The position numbers and the translations under genes are program-made. The notes under the pieces were generated by a model. It made no database searches. It saw nothing but the letters and a program-made list of their open reading frames with translations, and was not told where the DNA came from. A stretch of DNA of 62,785 nt, the filler included, from Chiloscyllium plagiosum (lineage: Eukaryota), in NCBI RefSeq assembly GCF_004010195.1. It is 5 parts of one record of this genome, joined end to end, with 100 filler letters (N's around TTAATTAATTAA, not from the genome) between each part and the next. Parts side by side here need not be neighbours in the genome. Positions count along the whole stretch, not along the records: positions 1 to 20,701 come from NC_057712.1; 4 more parts are not named here. One strand, written 5' to 3'. Shown piece after piece: positions 1 through 11,443 of this stretch (position 1 is its first letter; each line of letters starts with the position of its first letter).

Positions 1-182
1 CGCTAAATGTCTTCAAGGCCGAGATTGATAAATTCTTGATGTCACAAGGAATTAAGGGCTACGGGGAGAATGCAGGTAAGTGGAGTTGAAATGCCCATCA
101 GCCATGATTGAATGGCGGAGTGGACCCGATGGGCCGAGTGGCCTTACATCCACTCCTATGTCTTATGGTCTTATGGTCTTAT
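1..182 (+). mobile_element. CR1 LINE 3' end with (TCTTATGG)n tail
   Basis: Reads as the end of ORF2 (FKAEIDKFL), then a 3'UTR and an octamer tandem tail at about 161-182. Confidence 0.8.
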
Positions 183-496
183 AAGGTTCAAGAATGGATT
201 ACTTTACCTCAAAAGACATTAGAGGCTGAGACCTTCCTTTAATGAAATATGGGCATTGTTTGCTAAGGTAACAGTTTGAGCATTTGCTGGGGAGCTGCCT
301 TATTGATGTGTAAACAGTTTGTAAGGCCATTTCAGAGACAGTTCAGAGTCAACCACATTGATAGCTCTTCAATCATATGTAGGCCAGACAAGGTAAGGAT
401 CGCAGAAATGGTAGACACATAGGACCTATGTAGTTCCCTATAGACACACAATTTATTTGGATGAAGTGAGTGGAATTAAACAAGAAGTTGGTTAAT

Positions 497-717
497 AATT
501 AGAGTGGTGCTGGAAAAGCACAGCAAGTCAGGCAACACCCGAGGACAGGAAAATCGATGTTTCGGGCAAAAGGCCTTCATCAGCCATTCCTGATGAAGGG
601 CATTTGCCCGAAATGTCGATTTCAATGCTCCTCGGATGCTGCCTGACCTGCTGTGCTTTTCCAGCACCACTGTAATCTTGACTCCAATCTTCAGCATCTG
701 CAGAACCCCCTCTCCAC
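497..717. mobile_element. Penelope-like fold-back element (family A) with hammerhead cores on both strands
   Basis: Inverted arms; CTGATGA-A-GGGC-ATTT-GCCC-GAAA at 590-613; 16-bp TSD CAAGAAGTTGGTTAAT at 481-496 and 718-733. Confidence 0.8.
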
Positions 718-1483
718 CAAGAAGTTGGTTAATGTTCACCCAGGGGGTGAGTTGGGCCTCAATTTGAGGAAGACATTGTTGGAAGTATACAGATGATTGT
801 GCATCTGTGGTGAAAAGTATAGTGTTAGGTTTAGAAAGTTCCAACTGCAACTGTTGGATAGCTCGAATAAATGCAGTGTTTCTTGCCTTTTTTTTTCAGA
901 TTTCTATTATAAACACCAAAGGTTAAATGTTGGTTAGACAGAGTGCAAGAATAAATTCTTCCAGTTCAAGTTTTGTTTTTATTGACAGATCTCAAAGCCC
1001 CAACCAGACTGCGTAGTTGCTCCATATAGTTATTTTAATTAACCTGATTCATAAATGTTGTCATACAGCTCCAGGACAAAAGAGATATGCACATGAATCT
1101 TCTGGCTCAGAGGTAAGGAGCACCACGAGGCCCTGTCAAGTGCTCTTGAACATAGAACACATAACTGTGCATCACAGGAAGAGGCCTATCAGCCCACAAT
1201 GTCTGTGTTGACTATGATGCTATTCTAAACTAATTCCATCTGCCTGCACATTGTCCATATCCCTCTATTCCCTGTCTGTGTAAATGCCTCTTAAACTTTG
1301 CTAACTTATCTGCTTCTACCATCTCCCTGGCAATATGTTCCAGGCACCTACCACCCAATACACAAAAAACTTTCCTTGCACGTCTCCTTTAAACTTTCCC
1401 CCTCTCATTCAAAGTTTGTGAGAAGATTTGTAGCTCGGGTGCTCGTTGTTGTGGTTCTGTTCGCCGAGCTGGGAATTTGTGTT

Positions 1484-1523
1484 GCAGACGTTTCGTCCCC
1501 TCTCTAGGTGACATCCTCAGTGC
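1484..1523 (-). ncRNA. Minimal type I hammerhead ribozyme (Penelope pseudo-LTR)
   Basis: Minus strand reads GCA-CTGAGGA-T-GTCACCT-AGAG-AGGGGAC-GAAAC-GTC-TGC: intact core, stem II, palindromic ACGT stem III, GUC cleavage triplet and GCA/TGC stem I. Confidence 0.8.
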
Positions 1524-1946
1524 TTGGGAGCCTCCTGTGAAGCGCTTCTGTGATCTTTCCTCCGGCATTTGTAGTGGTTTGAATTCGTTTCGTGGCTAGT
1601 TGGTGTTCATGGATGTGGATCGTTAGCTGTCTTCCTGTTTGTCCTATGTAGTGTTTTGTGCAGTCCTTGCATGGGATTTTGTACACTACATTGGTTTTGC
1701 TCATGCTGAGTATCGGGTCCTTCGTTCTGGTGAGTTGTTGTCTGAGAGTGGCTTTTGGTTTGTGTGCTGTTATAAGTCCTAGTGGTCGCAGTAGTCTGGC
1801 TGTCAGTTCGGAAATGCTCTTGATGTATGGTAGTGTGGCTATGGAACGAGGACGTGCCACAACCCAAAGGACTAGCCACACTACCAAACATCAAGAGCAT
1901 TTCTGAACTGACAGCCAGACTACTGTGACCACTAGGACTCATAACA

Positions 1947-1986
1947 GCACTGAGGATGTCACCTAGACAGGGGACGAAACATCTGC
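1947..1986 (+). ncRNA. Second (inverted) hammerhead copy, triplet AUC instead of GUC
   Basis: GCA-CTGAGGA-T-GTCACCT-AGAC-AGGGGAC-GAAAC-ATC-TGC. Confidence 0.65.
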
Positions 1987-3868
1987 AACACAAATTCCCA
2001 GCTCGGCGAACAGTTCCCCCTCTCATGTTAAACGTATGGCACATTAGTATTTGACATTTCCACTCTAAGAAACAGATTCCATCTATCCACCCTATCTATG
2101 CCCTCATGATTTTAATTAACTTTTATCAGACCGCCTCTCAGCCTCTAACCTCGAACAAAACCAGTCTGAGTTTGTTCAACCTCTCCTTACAATTAATACT
2201 CTCCAGTCCAAGGTCACCCAATTATCTCTTAATTATGACAGAACCATTATCCATTTATAGTTCCATTTGGTGACAGACATTTAGGCCAGACCCTGCTAGC
2301 TGATAACACATTCCCCATTTCTCTTTTCTGAATCAAATTCATAGATATGCAATAATATCAAGAAACAAACAAAACATAAATAAACATTGACAACATATTG
2401 TGCAGAACGACAACATATTTTCCCATTTCCTTTTTCTGAGAGTACATAAAAGTTTTTCGAGCATTTCTAATAATTTATTAGAGCTTGCATCTTTCTTTGT
2501 AAAGCTAACGGATAGCTGGCTGCGGCTAAACTTCATTCTCCAGCGTGTGTTCTAAGTCTACAATATCAATTCACAGTCATTTTGGGTTTGCAACCAATAG
2601 TTCAACTGTTCAATTGATTTTGCAGATCCTCCATTTCATTTTAGAAGCTGCTGCATCTTTTAGTGAGGCTGTCTTTAACTAAAAGCACTTGAGCTACCAT
2701 TTGAAATGTGATTGCTGATGCAGCATATCTATTTCCAATCAATGTACTTAAAAGCCCCAGGAACCTAACGTGCAAATTTGAACTTTCTTTTAAGCTCTTT
2801 TATGGCAATGTTTCAAAGTCATTGCTACTACAACAGGAATATATCATCTACACGCATCATAAATACACCTGAAATCAGCCCGTCCTGATACTAATAAAAT
2901 GTTACAGTGTTTGTTTTCAAATGGAGACAACCTAATTTAATAAGATGGAGGTTTTTGAGAAATTCTAAAGTCTTGAGGCATCATTCAAACCATCTAAGTA
3001 TTTATTTAATTTCCAGAGTGTTCCCAGTCCTTCTGAGCTGATTTCCTTGCAATAAAATGTAGCTTCATCATCAACTGATCAAAGTATTTGTTGCTAACAG
3101 AGCCATGAAAACCTTTAAAATCATTTTTCATGCTCTGGGTGATTCTACTCGTATTTTGGTCCCCCAGTTTTCTTTAAAACCTTATGCCATTAGCCCAGCT
3201 TTAGCATCCTATGTCCCATCTGAAGGCAGATTTTTCAGGCCTACCCATCTAAGTGATAGGGTTGCTTTTCCCCCACCTGGTGTCTCTGCACACAACCTAA
3301 ATTCTCCCCAGTTTTGTAATTCTTCCCATTTGGCATCTTTTATTAAACTTGTCTTCGAATGCATTCATAGACATTAAGACTTCTTGATCACATTAGCTTC
3401 TGTTCCTGACACTATTTCTAGTTTATATTCCTTGACTGTATTAAGCCACACTCTCAACCCTTCCTTCTATCTCTTTCTGGACATTTTCTATTTAAATTCC
3501 CCTATTAATAGAATTCCTTTCAACAGGTCATGATTTAGGGACATGTTTTTCTGAACTTGGGTTGCATTTTCTTGATTGCTATCTTTGTATTTTATGTTCC
3601 CAAATCCATATGCCTAACCTTTTATCTTTCATCCTGTATGTCAACCAGTTGTGATATTTTCTAGTGACATTCCCTGCTCTACTTATAGTCCCATTTCTCC
3701 CCTTCTGGTAAATATTTGACTTTAGTACCAATTTTGACAGTGGTCTTTTGAGACTAATAGTTTCTCCTTGACTATCATAACATTTCTGTTCTTCATCAGT
3801 CAGCAGTCTAATCTTCATAGCAGTAGAACAGGTCAATGGGCAAAATACTCGGATCCTTATTTTCCAAA

Positions 3869-4087
3869 GTCAAAAAGTGTGGTGCTAGAAAAGCACAGCT
3901 GGTCAGGCAGGATCCAAGGAGCAGGAGAGTCGACGTTTGAAACATAAGCTCTTCATTAGGAATGATGAAGAGCTTATGCTCGAAACGTCAACTCTCCTGC
4001 TCCTTGGATGCTGCCTGACTGGCTGTGCTTTTCCAGCACCGGACGTTTTGACTCTGATCTCCAGCATCTGCAGGCCTCACTTTCTCC
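3869..4087. mobile_element. Penelope-like fold-back element (family A)
   Basis: Inverted arms around a degenerate hammerhead; 15-bp TSD TCCTTA(T/C)TTTCCAAA at 3854-3868 and 4088-4102. Confidence 0.8.
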
Positions 4088-4289
4088 TCCTTACTTTCCA
4101 AAACTCCCTTAGAATCTGATAATTACAATCCATAACAAGCAACTTTGAAAACTGTACCCAAACAATCTGATTCCCATATTTTACTATTAATATCTTTCCA
4201 TGTTTATCAATTATCTTCCTCAGACCTCTCCACTTTATAAGACCCTCCTTTTTTTATAATAAACCATATCTCTCAGATTGAAACTAGTT

Positions 4290-5147
4290 TGTTATAGATC
4301 AGAGGAGAAAGTGAGGACTGCAAATGCTGGAGATCAGAGCTGAAAATGTGTTGCTGGAAAAGTGCAGCAGGTCAGGCAGCATCCAAAGAACAGGAGAATC
4401 GACGTTTCAGGCATAAGCCTTCCTGAAGAAGGGCTTATGCCCGAAACGACGATTCTCATGTTCCTTGGATGCTGCCTGACCTGCTGCGCTTTTCCAGCAA
4501 CACATTTTCAGCTGTTATAGATCAGACCAAACCAAACCCCCTCAAAATGTATTAAGAACATAATCCAGACACTAACTTCTTATTTTAAAAGCAAGTGCCA
4601 GGAGTTGTGTTTCAGATACAATTTGATTGGTCAAACCACCAGTCTTGAAGCAAAATATACTTTATCCATACATTGTAGTTAAAATACAACAAAAGAAAGA
4701 AGAAATTGGGATAACAACTCTAATGCAAAACCTCAGAGAATAATAGACTATTTAACTACTAAACAGTAATTGTTCCAATATCATAACATCCCATAAACAC
4801 ACCCTTAGCAAAGGCAAATTCAATTGATTGTCTCATATGTAATTCTCTAGTTTAGGAGGAAAAACAACAAGGGGTAAACTCTGAGACAGAGAGTAGCAGG
4901 AAGAGATGTACTGCAGCTTCCAAACCCAGTTTCAAAACGCAGCAGCTATGACTGAAAAACTAAAACTAAACTTCTGGGAGCCTGACCACACCCATTCAGA
5001 CTGCTTATATTGTTCCAACTTTATATAAAAACAATCCAAGGCATCGCAAGCTGTTTATTATTTTAAATAGACAACTTGCCATCTCTGTCTTAAAATCTGT
5101 GCTCAATAAAAGGACAAAATACACCACTTAAAGCCAATATCTTCACA
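4290..5147. mobile_element. Solo LTR nested in the copia element
   Basis: Starts TG (4290) and ends CA (5147); 4-bp TSD AGTT at 4286-4289 and 5148-5151. Confidence 0.75.
4304..4512. mobile_element. Penelope-like fold-back element (family A) inside the solo LTR terminus
   Basis: About 80-bp inverted arms; CTGAAGA-A-GGGC-TTAT-GCCC-GAAAC at ~4423-4447; 14-bp TSD TGTTATAGATCAGA. Confidence 0.85.
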
Positions 5148-6287
5148 AGTTTCCAATGGAAATTATGTTTTAATTATGTTACATTATGTCTGAAGACATG
5201 CCAAGTTATTTCTCAGATACTGCCTTCAATGCAAACAATTCTGCTTGCAATCAGTGTGTGTTCAAATTCTGCTGAGAAATAGAACTAATTGCAACCCCTT
5301 CCCCAGCAAGGGGACGATGTCTACCATAAACTAACTGATGGGGATTTCATCTTGTGACCATATGCAGCAAATTCTGAGCATTGTCAGCCCATGTTCATGC
5401 AAATGGAAATTTGCAGCTTGGCTAATCTTCCAAAATTTTATGAACCATTTCATCAATTACTGCATGGTTTCTTTCACACATGCTGTTGTGAAAACGACTT
5501 TCAATTGCTGTAATCCTGAGCATTGTGAGTACTTGTCCACATATCTTTAAAATCATAGTTTGATAAATGTGACCACATTATCAGGGAAGCAGAATACCAA
5601 TGGTTCAAGTCCAGGCTCCATTCACTTTTCCATTCATGAATATTCTCTTATCTTTAATAGGCGTTATTGTTGACTGAATAAATCTGGTTGTGAAATCTAC
5701 AAAATGTAAAATAAACTATTTTTCTTTATTCCACACCTTTGAATTCATAGCCGCTGCCTTGTTGTAATTCATTGCTGAAGGCAGACTTACTATGGGCCAT
5801 AACCATATCCACTGGTATCTCCTACAAATCTCACATCCATCAATTATCTATTCTGTAAGCCTGTTGAATACCTCATCTTTTATTCATGCAACATTCCTTC
5901 ACAATTTTAACCTTTTGAGGATGAATGTGCAATTTAGCAATGTCTTCAAAATTTCTGCCCCCATGTCAATATCACATCATTAGTTTCTTTAGTCAAGAGG
6001 TTATTCTCCATCAAAGGAATAGGATAGTGCCCAATTGTTAACTGAAATTCCACAAATTTGTTGTGCTCTATACTCAGTTTCATTTGTCATTTTTTCATTA
6101 TTTGATCTGCTTAATAACAGCAGTATTTCATTGGATACTGGCTATAACCTCTGCTTCTTCAGCCATAGTCTGATAGATTATGATCTTGGCACTCGTATTA
6201 ACTTTATCAGGACATCCTTTGATATGAACAAGTGAAATGTAAGCTATTGGGATCATAAGGTTCCCCTATGATTGCCTTAGGTTATTA

Positions 6288-6645
6288 GACCATACAAAAA
6301 CGAACAGGAATAGGTCACTCAGCCCTTCAAGTGCGATCCACCATTCAAAATTCTCACACCTACCTCAGCCTTAAACATAAAAAGGACTCTGTCCTCACAG
6401 CTCTCTGAGGTAAGAAATCCCAAAGACTCGTCATTCTCTGAGAGAAGAAATTCCTCCTCATCCTAGTATTAAATTAATGCTGTTTAATTCTGAGAAAATG
6501 CCTTCTGGTCCTAGACTCTTCCATCAGGGAAAGCATTCTGTGAGCATTTACCTCATCAAACTCTTTAATAATTGTATATGTTTCAATGAAATCACCTTTC
6601 ATTCTTCTAAACTCCAGTGAGTAAAGTCCCAACCTGTACAGCCTT
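6288..6645 (-). mobile_element. CR1 LINE 3' fragment
   Basis: Resembles the other CR1 3' ends in the window (RT C-terminus, FFSQR..., 3'UTR). Confidence 0.7.
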
Positions 6646-7376
6646 TTAATTTTTTTCTAAAGAAGATGGCTGCACCTTATTGATCTCTCTGCATGCATAG
6701 TCTTTTCCCTTCATTGGAGCTTTGTAACTGAGTTGTACGTCTGAACATCTTTTGGAAGTGTCGTACAGGCTTACAGATGTAGTATCTGTTGCTTGCCATA
6801 GTTGGCATTGTCTATTTTTAAGATTTTGTAGTTCACTGATTCTGAGTGTCTGATATTTGAATATAATTGTGTCTTAACTGGAAGGGCTTCCGACATAGAC
6901 ATAGTTTAGAAACAATTCTGTGCCATAAGAATTATTTATTCCAGATGCCCTATATATATGCTGTATGGTCCATCTCTAACTTGAATCTTTGAGAAAGTTT
7001 TACGTCCTTTCTCAATGTTATGTACTTCTTGTCAGATATGGGAGTTTAAAGAGAGTTTAAGGGTTACTGCAGATTATATCTGCCATAAATGCTGTTGGAT
7101 GCGAATCTTATCAGATCGAATGATCGGTTGGAGAGACAGATAGAAGCAATGAGGAATTTGCAACAGCAACAGTATGCGACAGGTGGCAGTTATAGGAAGG
7201 GGGGAAGTCTCAGATACAGTCACATAAATGGGTTAACTCCAGGAAGGGTAAGAGAGGTAGGCAGCTAGTGCAGGAGTCTTTTGTGGATATACCCATTTCA
7301 AACAGGTATGCTGTTTTGGAAAATGTAGGGTGTGATGGATTCTCAGGGGAATGTAGCATGAAAAGCCAAGTTCCTG

Positions 7377-7925
7377 GTGTTGAGACTGGCTCTAATGCAA
7401 CGGGGGGGTACGTCAGCTTCCAAGAGATCAATTGTGTTAGGGGATTCTGTAGTCAGAGGTACAGCCAGACGTTTCTGTGGCCAGCAGAGAAAAAGCAGAA
7501 TGGTGTGTTGTTTCCCTGGTGCCAGGATCAAGGATGTCTCAGAGAGGGTGCAGAATGTTCTCATCGGGGAGAGGGGCCAGCAGGAGGTCATTGTCCACAT
7601 TGGAACCAATGATATTGGAAGGGAAAAGGTTGAGATTCTGAAGGAGATTACAGAGAGTTAGGCAGAAATTTAAAAAGGAGGTCCTCAAGGGTAGTAATAT
7701 CTGGATTACTCCCAGAGCTAGTGAGGGCAGGAATAGGAGGATAGAGCAGATGAATGCATGGCTGAGGAGCTCGTATATGGGAGAAGGATTCACATTTTTG
7801 GATCATTGGAATCTCTTTTGGGATAGAAGTGACCTGTACAAGAAGGACGGATTGCACCTAAATTGGAAGGGGACTAATATACTGGCAGGGAAATTTGCTA
7901 GAACTGCTTGGGAGGATTTAAACTA
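7377..7925 (+). pseudogene. CR1 ORF1 SGNH/GDSL esterase-like domain (frameshifted)
   Basis: IVLGDSVVRG, VCCFPGARIKDV, VHIGTNDIG, and downstream LYKKDGLHLNWKG. Confidence 0.88.
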
Positions 7926-9080
7926 GTAAGGTGGCAGGGGTGGGACAAGGGAGATAGTGAGGAAAGAGAGCGATCTGAGATGGGTACAGCCGAGAACAGA
8001 AGTGAGTCAAACAGTCAGGGCAGGCAGGGACAAGGTACGACTAATAAATTAAAGACATTTATTTCAATGCAAGGGGCCTAACAGGGAAGGCAGATGAACT
8101 CAGGGCATGGTTAGGAACATNNNNNNNNNNNNNNNNNNNNNNNNNNNNNNNNNNNNNNNNNNNNNNNNNNNNNNNNNNNNNNNNNNNNNNNNNNNNNNNN
8201 NNNNNNNNNNNNNNNNNNNNNNNNNNNNNNNNNNNNNNNNNNNNNNNNNNNNNNNNNNNNNNNNNNNNNNNNNNNNNNNNNNNNNNNNNNNNNNNNNNNN
8301 NNNNNNNNNNNNNNNNNNNNNNNNNNNNNNNNNNNNNNNNNNNNNNNNNNNNNNNNNNNNNNNNNNNNNNNNNNNNNNNNNNNNNNNNNNNNNNNNNNNN
8401 NNNNNNNNNNNNNNNNNNNNNNNNNNNNNNNNNNNNNNNNNNNNNNNNNNNNNNNNNNNNNNNNNNNNNNNNNNNNNNNNNNNNNNNNNNNNNNNNNNNN
8501 NNNNNNNNNNNNNNNNNNNNNNNNNNNNNNNNNNNNNNNNNNNNNNNNNNNNNNNNNNNNNNNNNNNNNNNNNNNNNNNNNNNNNNNNNNNNNNNNNNNN
8601 NNNNNNNNNNNNNNNNNNNNNNNNNNNNNNNNNNNNNNNNNNNNNNNNNNNNNNNNNNNNNNNNNNNNNNNNNNNNNNNNNNNNNNNNNNNNNNNNNNNN
8701 NNNNNNNNNNNNNNNNNNNNNNNNNNNNNNNNNNNNNNNNNNNNNNNNNNNNNNNNNNNNNNNNNNNNNNNNNNNNNNNNNNNNNNNNNNNNNNNNNNNN
8801 NNNNNNNNNNNNNNNNNNNNNNNNNNNNNNNNNNNNNNNNNNNNNNNNNNNNNNNNNNNNNNNNNNNNNNNNNNNNNNNNNNNNNNNNNNNNNNNNNNNN
8901 NNNNNNNNNNNNNNNNNNNNNNNNNNNNNNNNNNNNNNNNNNNNNNNNNNNNNNNNNNNNNNNNNNNNNNNNNNNNNNNNNNNNNNNNNNNNNNNNNNNN
9001 NNNNNNNNNNNNNNNNNNNNNNNNNNNNNNNNNNNNNNNNNNNNNNNNNNNNNNNNNNNNNNNNNNNNNNNNNNNNNNNN

Positions 9081-10736
9081 GAAATCAGGAGGGCAAAAAG
9101 GGGACATGAGATAGCTTTGGCAAATAGAATTAAGGAGAATCCAAAGGGTTTTTACAAATATGTTAAGGACAAAAGGGTAACTAGGGAGAGAATAGGGCCT
9201 CTCAAAGATCAGCAAGGCAGCGGACATGAGATAGCTTTGGCAAATAGAATTAAGGAGAATCCAAAGGGTTTTTACAAATATGTTAAGGACAAAAGGGTAA
9301 CTAGGGAGAGAATAGGGCCTCTCAAAGATCAGCAAGGCAGCCTTTGTGTGGGGCCACAGAAAATGGGGGAGATACTAAATGAATATTTTGCATCAGTATT
9401 TACTGTGGAAAAGAATATGGAAGGTTAGACTGTAGGGAAATAGATGGTCACATCTTGCAAAATGTCCAGGTTACAGAGGAGGAAGTGCTGGATGCCTTGA
9501 AACAGTTAAAAATGGATAAATCCCTAGGATCTGATCAGTTGAACCCGAGAACTCTGTGGGAAGCGAGAGAAGTGATTGCTGGGCCTCTTGCTGAGATATT
9601 TGTATCATCGATAGTCACAGTTGAGGTGCCGGAAGACTGCAGGTTGGCAAACGTGGTGCCACTGTTTAAGGGCGGTACCGTCTTTAAGGGCAGTAAAGAC
9701 AAGCCAGGGAACTATAGACCAGTGAGCCTGACCTCAGTGGTGGGCAAGTTGTTGGAGGGAATCCTGAGGGACAGGATGTACATGTATTTGGAAAGGCAAG
9801 GACTGATTTGGGACAGTCAACATGGCTTTCTGCGTGGGAATTCATGTCTCACAAACTTGATTGAGTTTTTTGAAGATGTAACAAAGAAGATTTATGAGGG
9901 CAGAGTGGTAGATGTGATCTATATGGACTTCAGTAAGGCGTTCGACAAGGTTCCCTGTGGGAGACTGATTAGCAAGGTTAGATCTCATGGAATACAGGGA
10001 GAGATTGCCATTTGGATACAGAACTGGCTCAAAGGTAGAAGACAGAGGGTGGTGGTAGATTCTCCTTAATTCTATTTGCCAAAGCTATCTCATGTCCCCT
10101 TTTTGCCCTCCTGATTTATCTCTTAAGTGTACTCTCACTGTCTTTATGCTCTTCTAAGGATTCACTCGATCTATCCTGTCTATACCTGACATATGCTTCC
10201 TTCTTTTTCTTAACCAAACCCTCAATTTCTTTCGTCATGCAGGATTCCCTATACCTACCAGCCTTCCCTTTCAGACTGGAGGCCTGTGACCAGTGGAGTG
10301 CCACAAGGATCGGTGCTGGGCCCTCTACCTTTTGTCATTTACATAAATGATTTGGATGCGAGCATAAGAGGTACAGTTAGTAAGTTTGCAGATGACACCA
10401 AAATTGGAGGTGTTGTGGACAGCAAAGAGGGTTACCTGAGATTACAACAGGATCTGGACCAGATGGGCCAATGGGCTGAGAAGTGGCAGTTGGAGTTTAA
10501 TTCAGATAAATGTGAGGTACTGCATTTTGGGAAAGCAAATCTCAGCAGAACATATAGACTTAATAGTAAGGTCCTAGGGAGTGTTGCTGAACAAAGAGAC
10601 CTTGGAGTGCAGGTTCATAACTCCTTGAAAGTGGAGTCACAGGTAGATAGGATAGTGAAGAAGGCGTTTGGTATGCTTTCCTTTATTGGTCAGAGTATTG
10701 AGTACAGGAGTTGGGAGGTCATGTTGCGGCTGTACA
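9081..10736 (+). pseudogene. CR1 ORF2 reverse transcriptase (disrupted)
   Basis: NYRPVSLTSVVGK, SQHGF, YMDFSKAFDKV, SGVPQGSVLGP, KFADDTK. Confidence 0.92.
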
Positions 10737-11195
10737 NNNNNNNNNNNNNNNNNNNNNNNNNNNNNNNNNNNNNNNNNNNNNNNNNNNNNNNNNNNNNNNN
10801 NNNNNNNNNNNNNNNNNNNNNNNNNNNNNNNNNNNNNNNNNNNNNNNNNNNNNNNNNNNNNNNNNNNNNNNNNNNNNNNNNNNNNNNNNNNNNNNNNNNN
10901 NNNNNNNNNNNNNNNNNNNNNNNNNNNNNNNNNNNNNNNNNNNNNNNNNNNNNNNNNNNNNNNNNNNNNNNNNNNNNNNNNNNNNNNNNNNNNNNNNNNN
11001 NNNNNNNNNNNNNNNNNNNNNNNNNNNNNNNNNNNNNNNNNNNNNNNNNNNNNNNNNNNNNNNNNNNNNNNNNNNNNNNNNNNNNNNNNNNNNNNNNNNN
11101 NNNNNNNNNNNNNNNNNNNNNNNNNNNNNNNNNNNNNNNNNNNNNNNNNNNNNNNNNNNNNNNNNNNNNNNNNNNNNNNNNNNNNNNNNNNNNNN

Positions 11196-11443
11196 CTCAG
11201 GCGACTGACTGTGTGGAGTTTGCACATTCTCCCCGTGTCTGCGTGGGTTTCCTCCGGGTGCTCCGGTTTCCTCCCACACTCCAAAGATGTGCAAGTCAGG
11301 TGAATTGGCCATGCTATTGCCCGTAGTGTTAGGTTAAAGGGGTAAATGTAGGGATATGGGTGGGTTGCGCTTCAGCGGGCCGGTGTGGACTTGTTGGGCC
11401 GAAGGGCCTGTTTCCACACTGTAAGTAATCTAATCTAATCTAA
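11196..11443 (+). mobile_element. HE1-type tRNA-derived SINE (V-SINE)
   Basis: TGTGTGGAGTTTGCACATTCTCCCCGTGTCTGCGTGGGTTTCCTCCGGGTGCTCCGG core and (TAATC)n tail. Confidence 0.85.

Larger units (their letters stand above)
1409..2013 (-). mobile_element. Penelope-like element (family C) 3' portion with GIY-YIG endonuclease and inverted pseudo-LTR
   Basis: ORF 1504..1887 reads NVVYKIPCKDCTKHYIGQTGRQL..IHEH (GIY-YIG); internal inverted repeats; 13-bp TSD TTCCCCCTCTCAT at 1396-1408 and 2014-2026. Confidence 0.9.
1149..2215 (-). mobile_element. CR1 LINE 3' fragment interrupted by a Penelope insertion
   Basis: GAACATAGAAC tail at about 1149; the CR1 3' sequence resumes after 2014. Confidence 0.7.
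2215..6250 (-). mobile_element. Degenerate Ty1/copia LTR retrotransposon (GalEa-like): PR-INT-RT-RNaseH, PPT and 3' LTR remnant
   Basis: Manual minus-strand translation: GHYPIPL (~6030), CEIC (~5825), LHFVDFTTRF (~5690), ESRFHNSMCERNHAVIDEM (~5470), ISRAG (~3680), AKWEELQNW..LRWV (~3250-3340), LWKLNKYLDGLNDASR (2971-3018), GVFMMRVDDIF (~2850), QLSVSFTKKDAS (~2500). Polypurine tract 2311-2329 is followed by TG. Integrase precedes RT, the copia order. Confidence 0.85.
7085..10736 (+). mobile_element. Near full-length CR1 LINE (ORF1 + ORF2), gapped and rearranged
   Basis: ORF1 esterase, the ORF2 start (..FNARG.. at ~8060) and RT motifs in ORFs 9117, 9455 and 10286. Confidence 0.92.

Noticed and set aside
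497..717. miRNA precursor or DNA-transposon MITE
   Set aside because: The arms match Penelope termini attached to GIY-YIG remnants elsewhere (27665, 42447), and the TSDs are long and variable rather than fixed.
8100..11326. Long ORFs of 165-411 aa in the ORF track
   Set aside because: They are open only because they run through N gaps.
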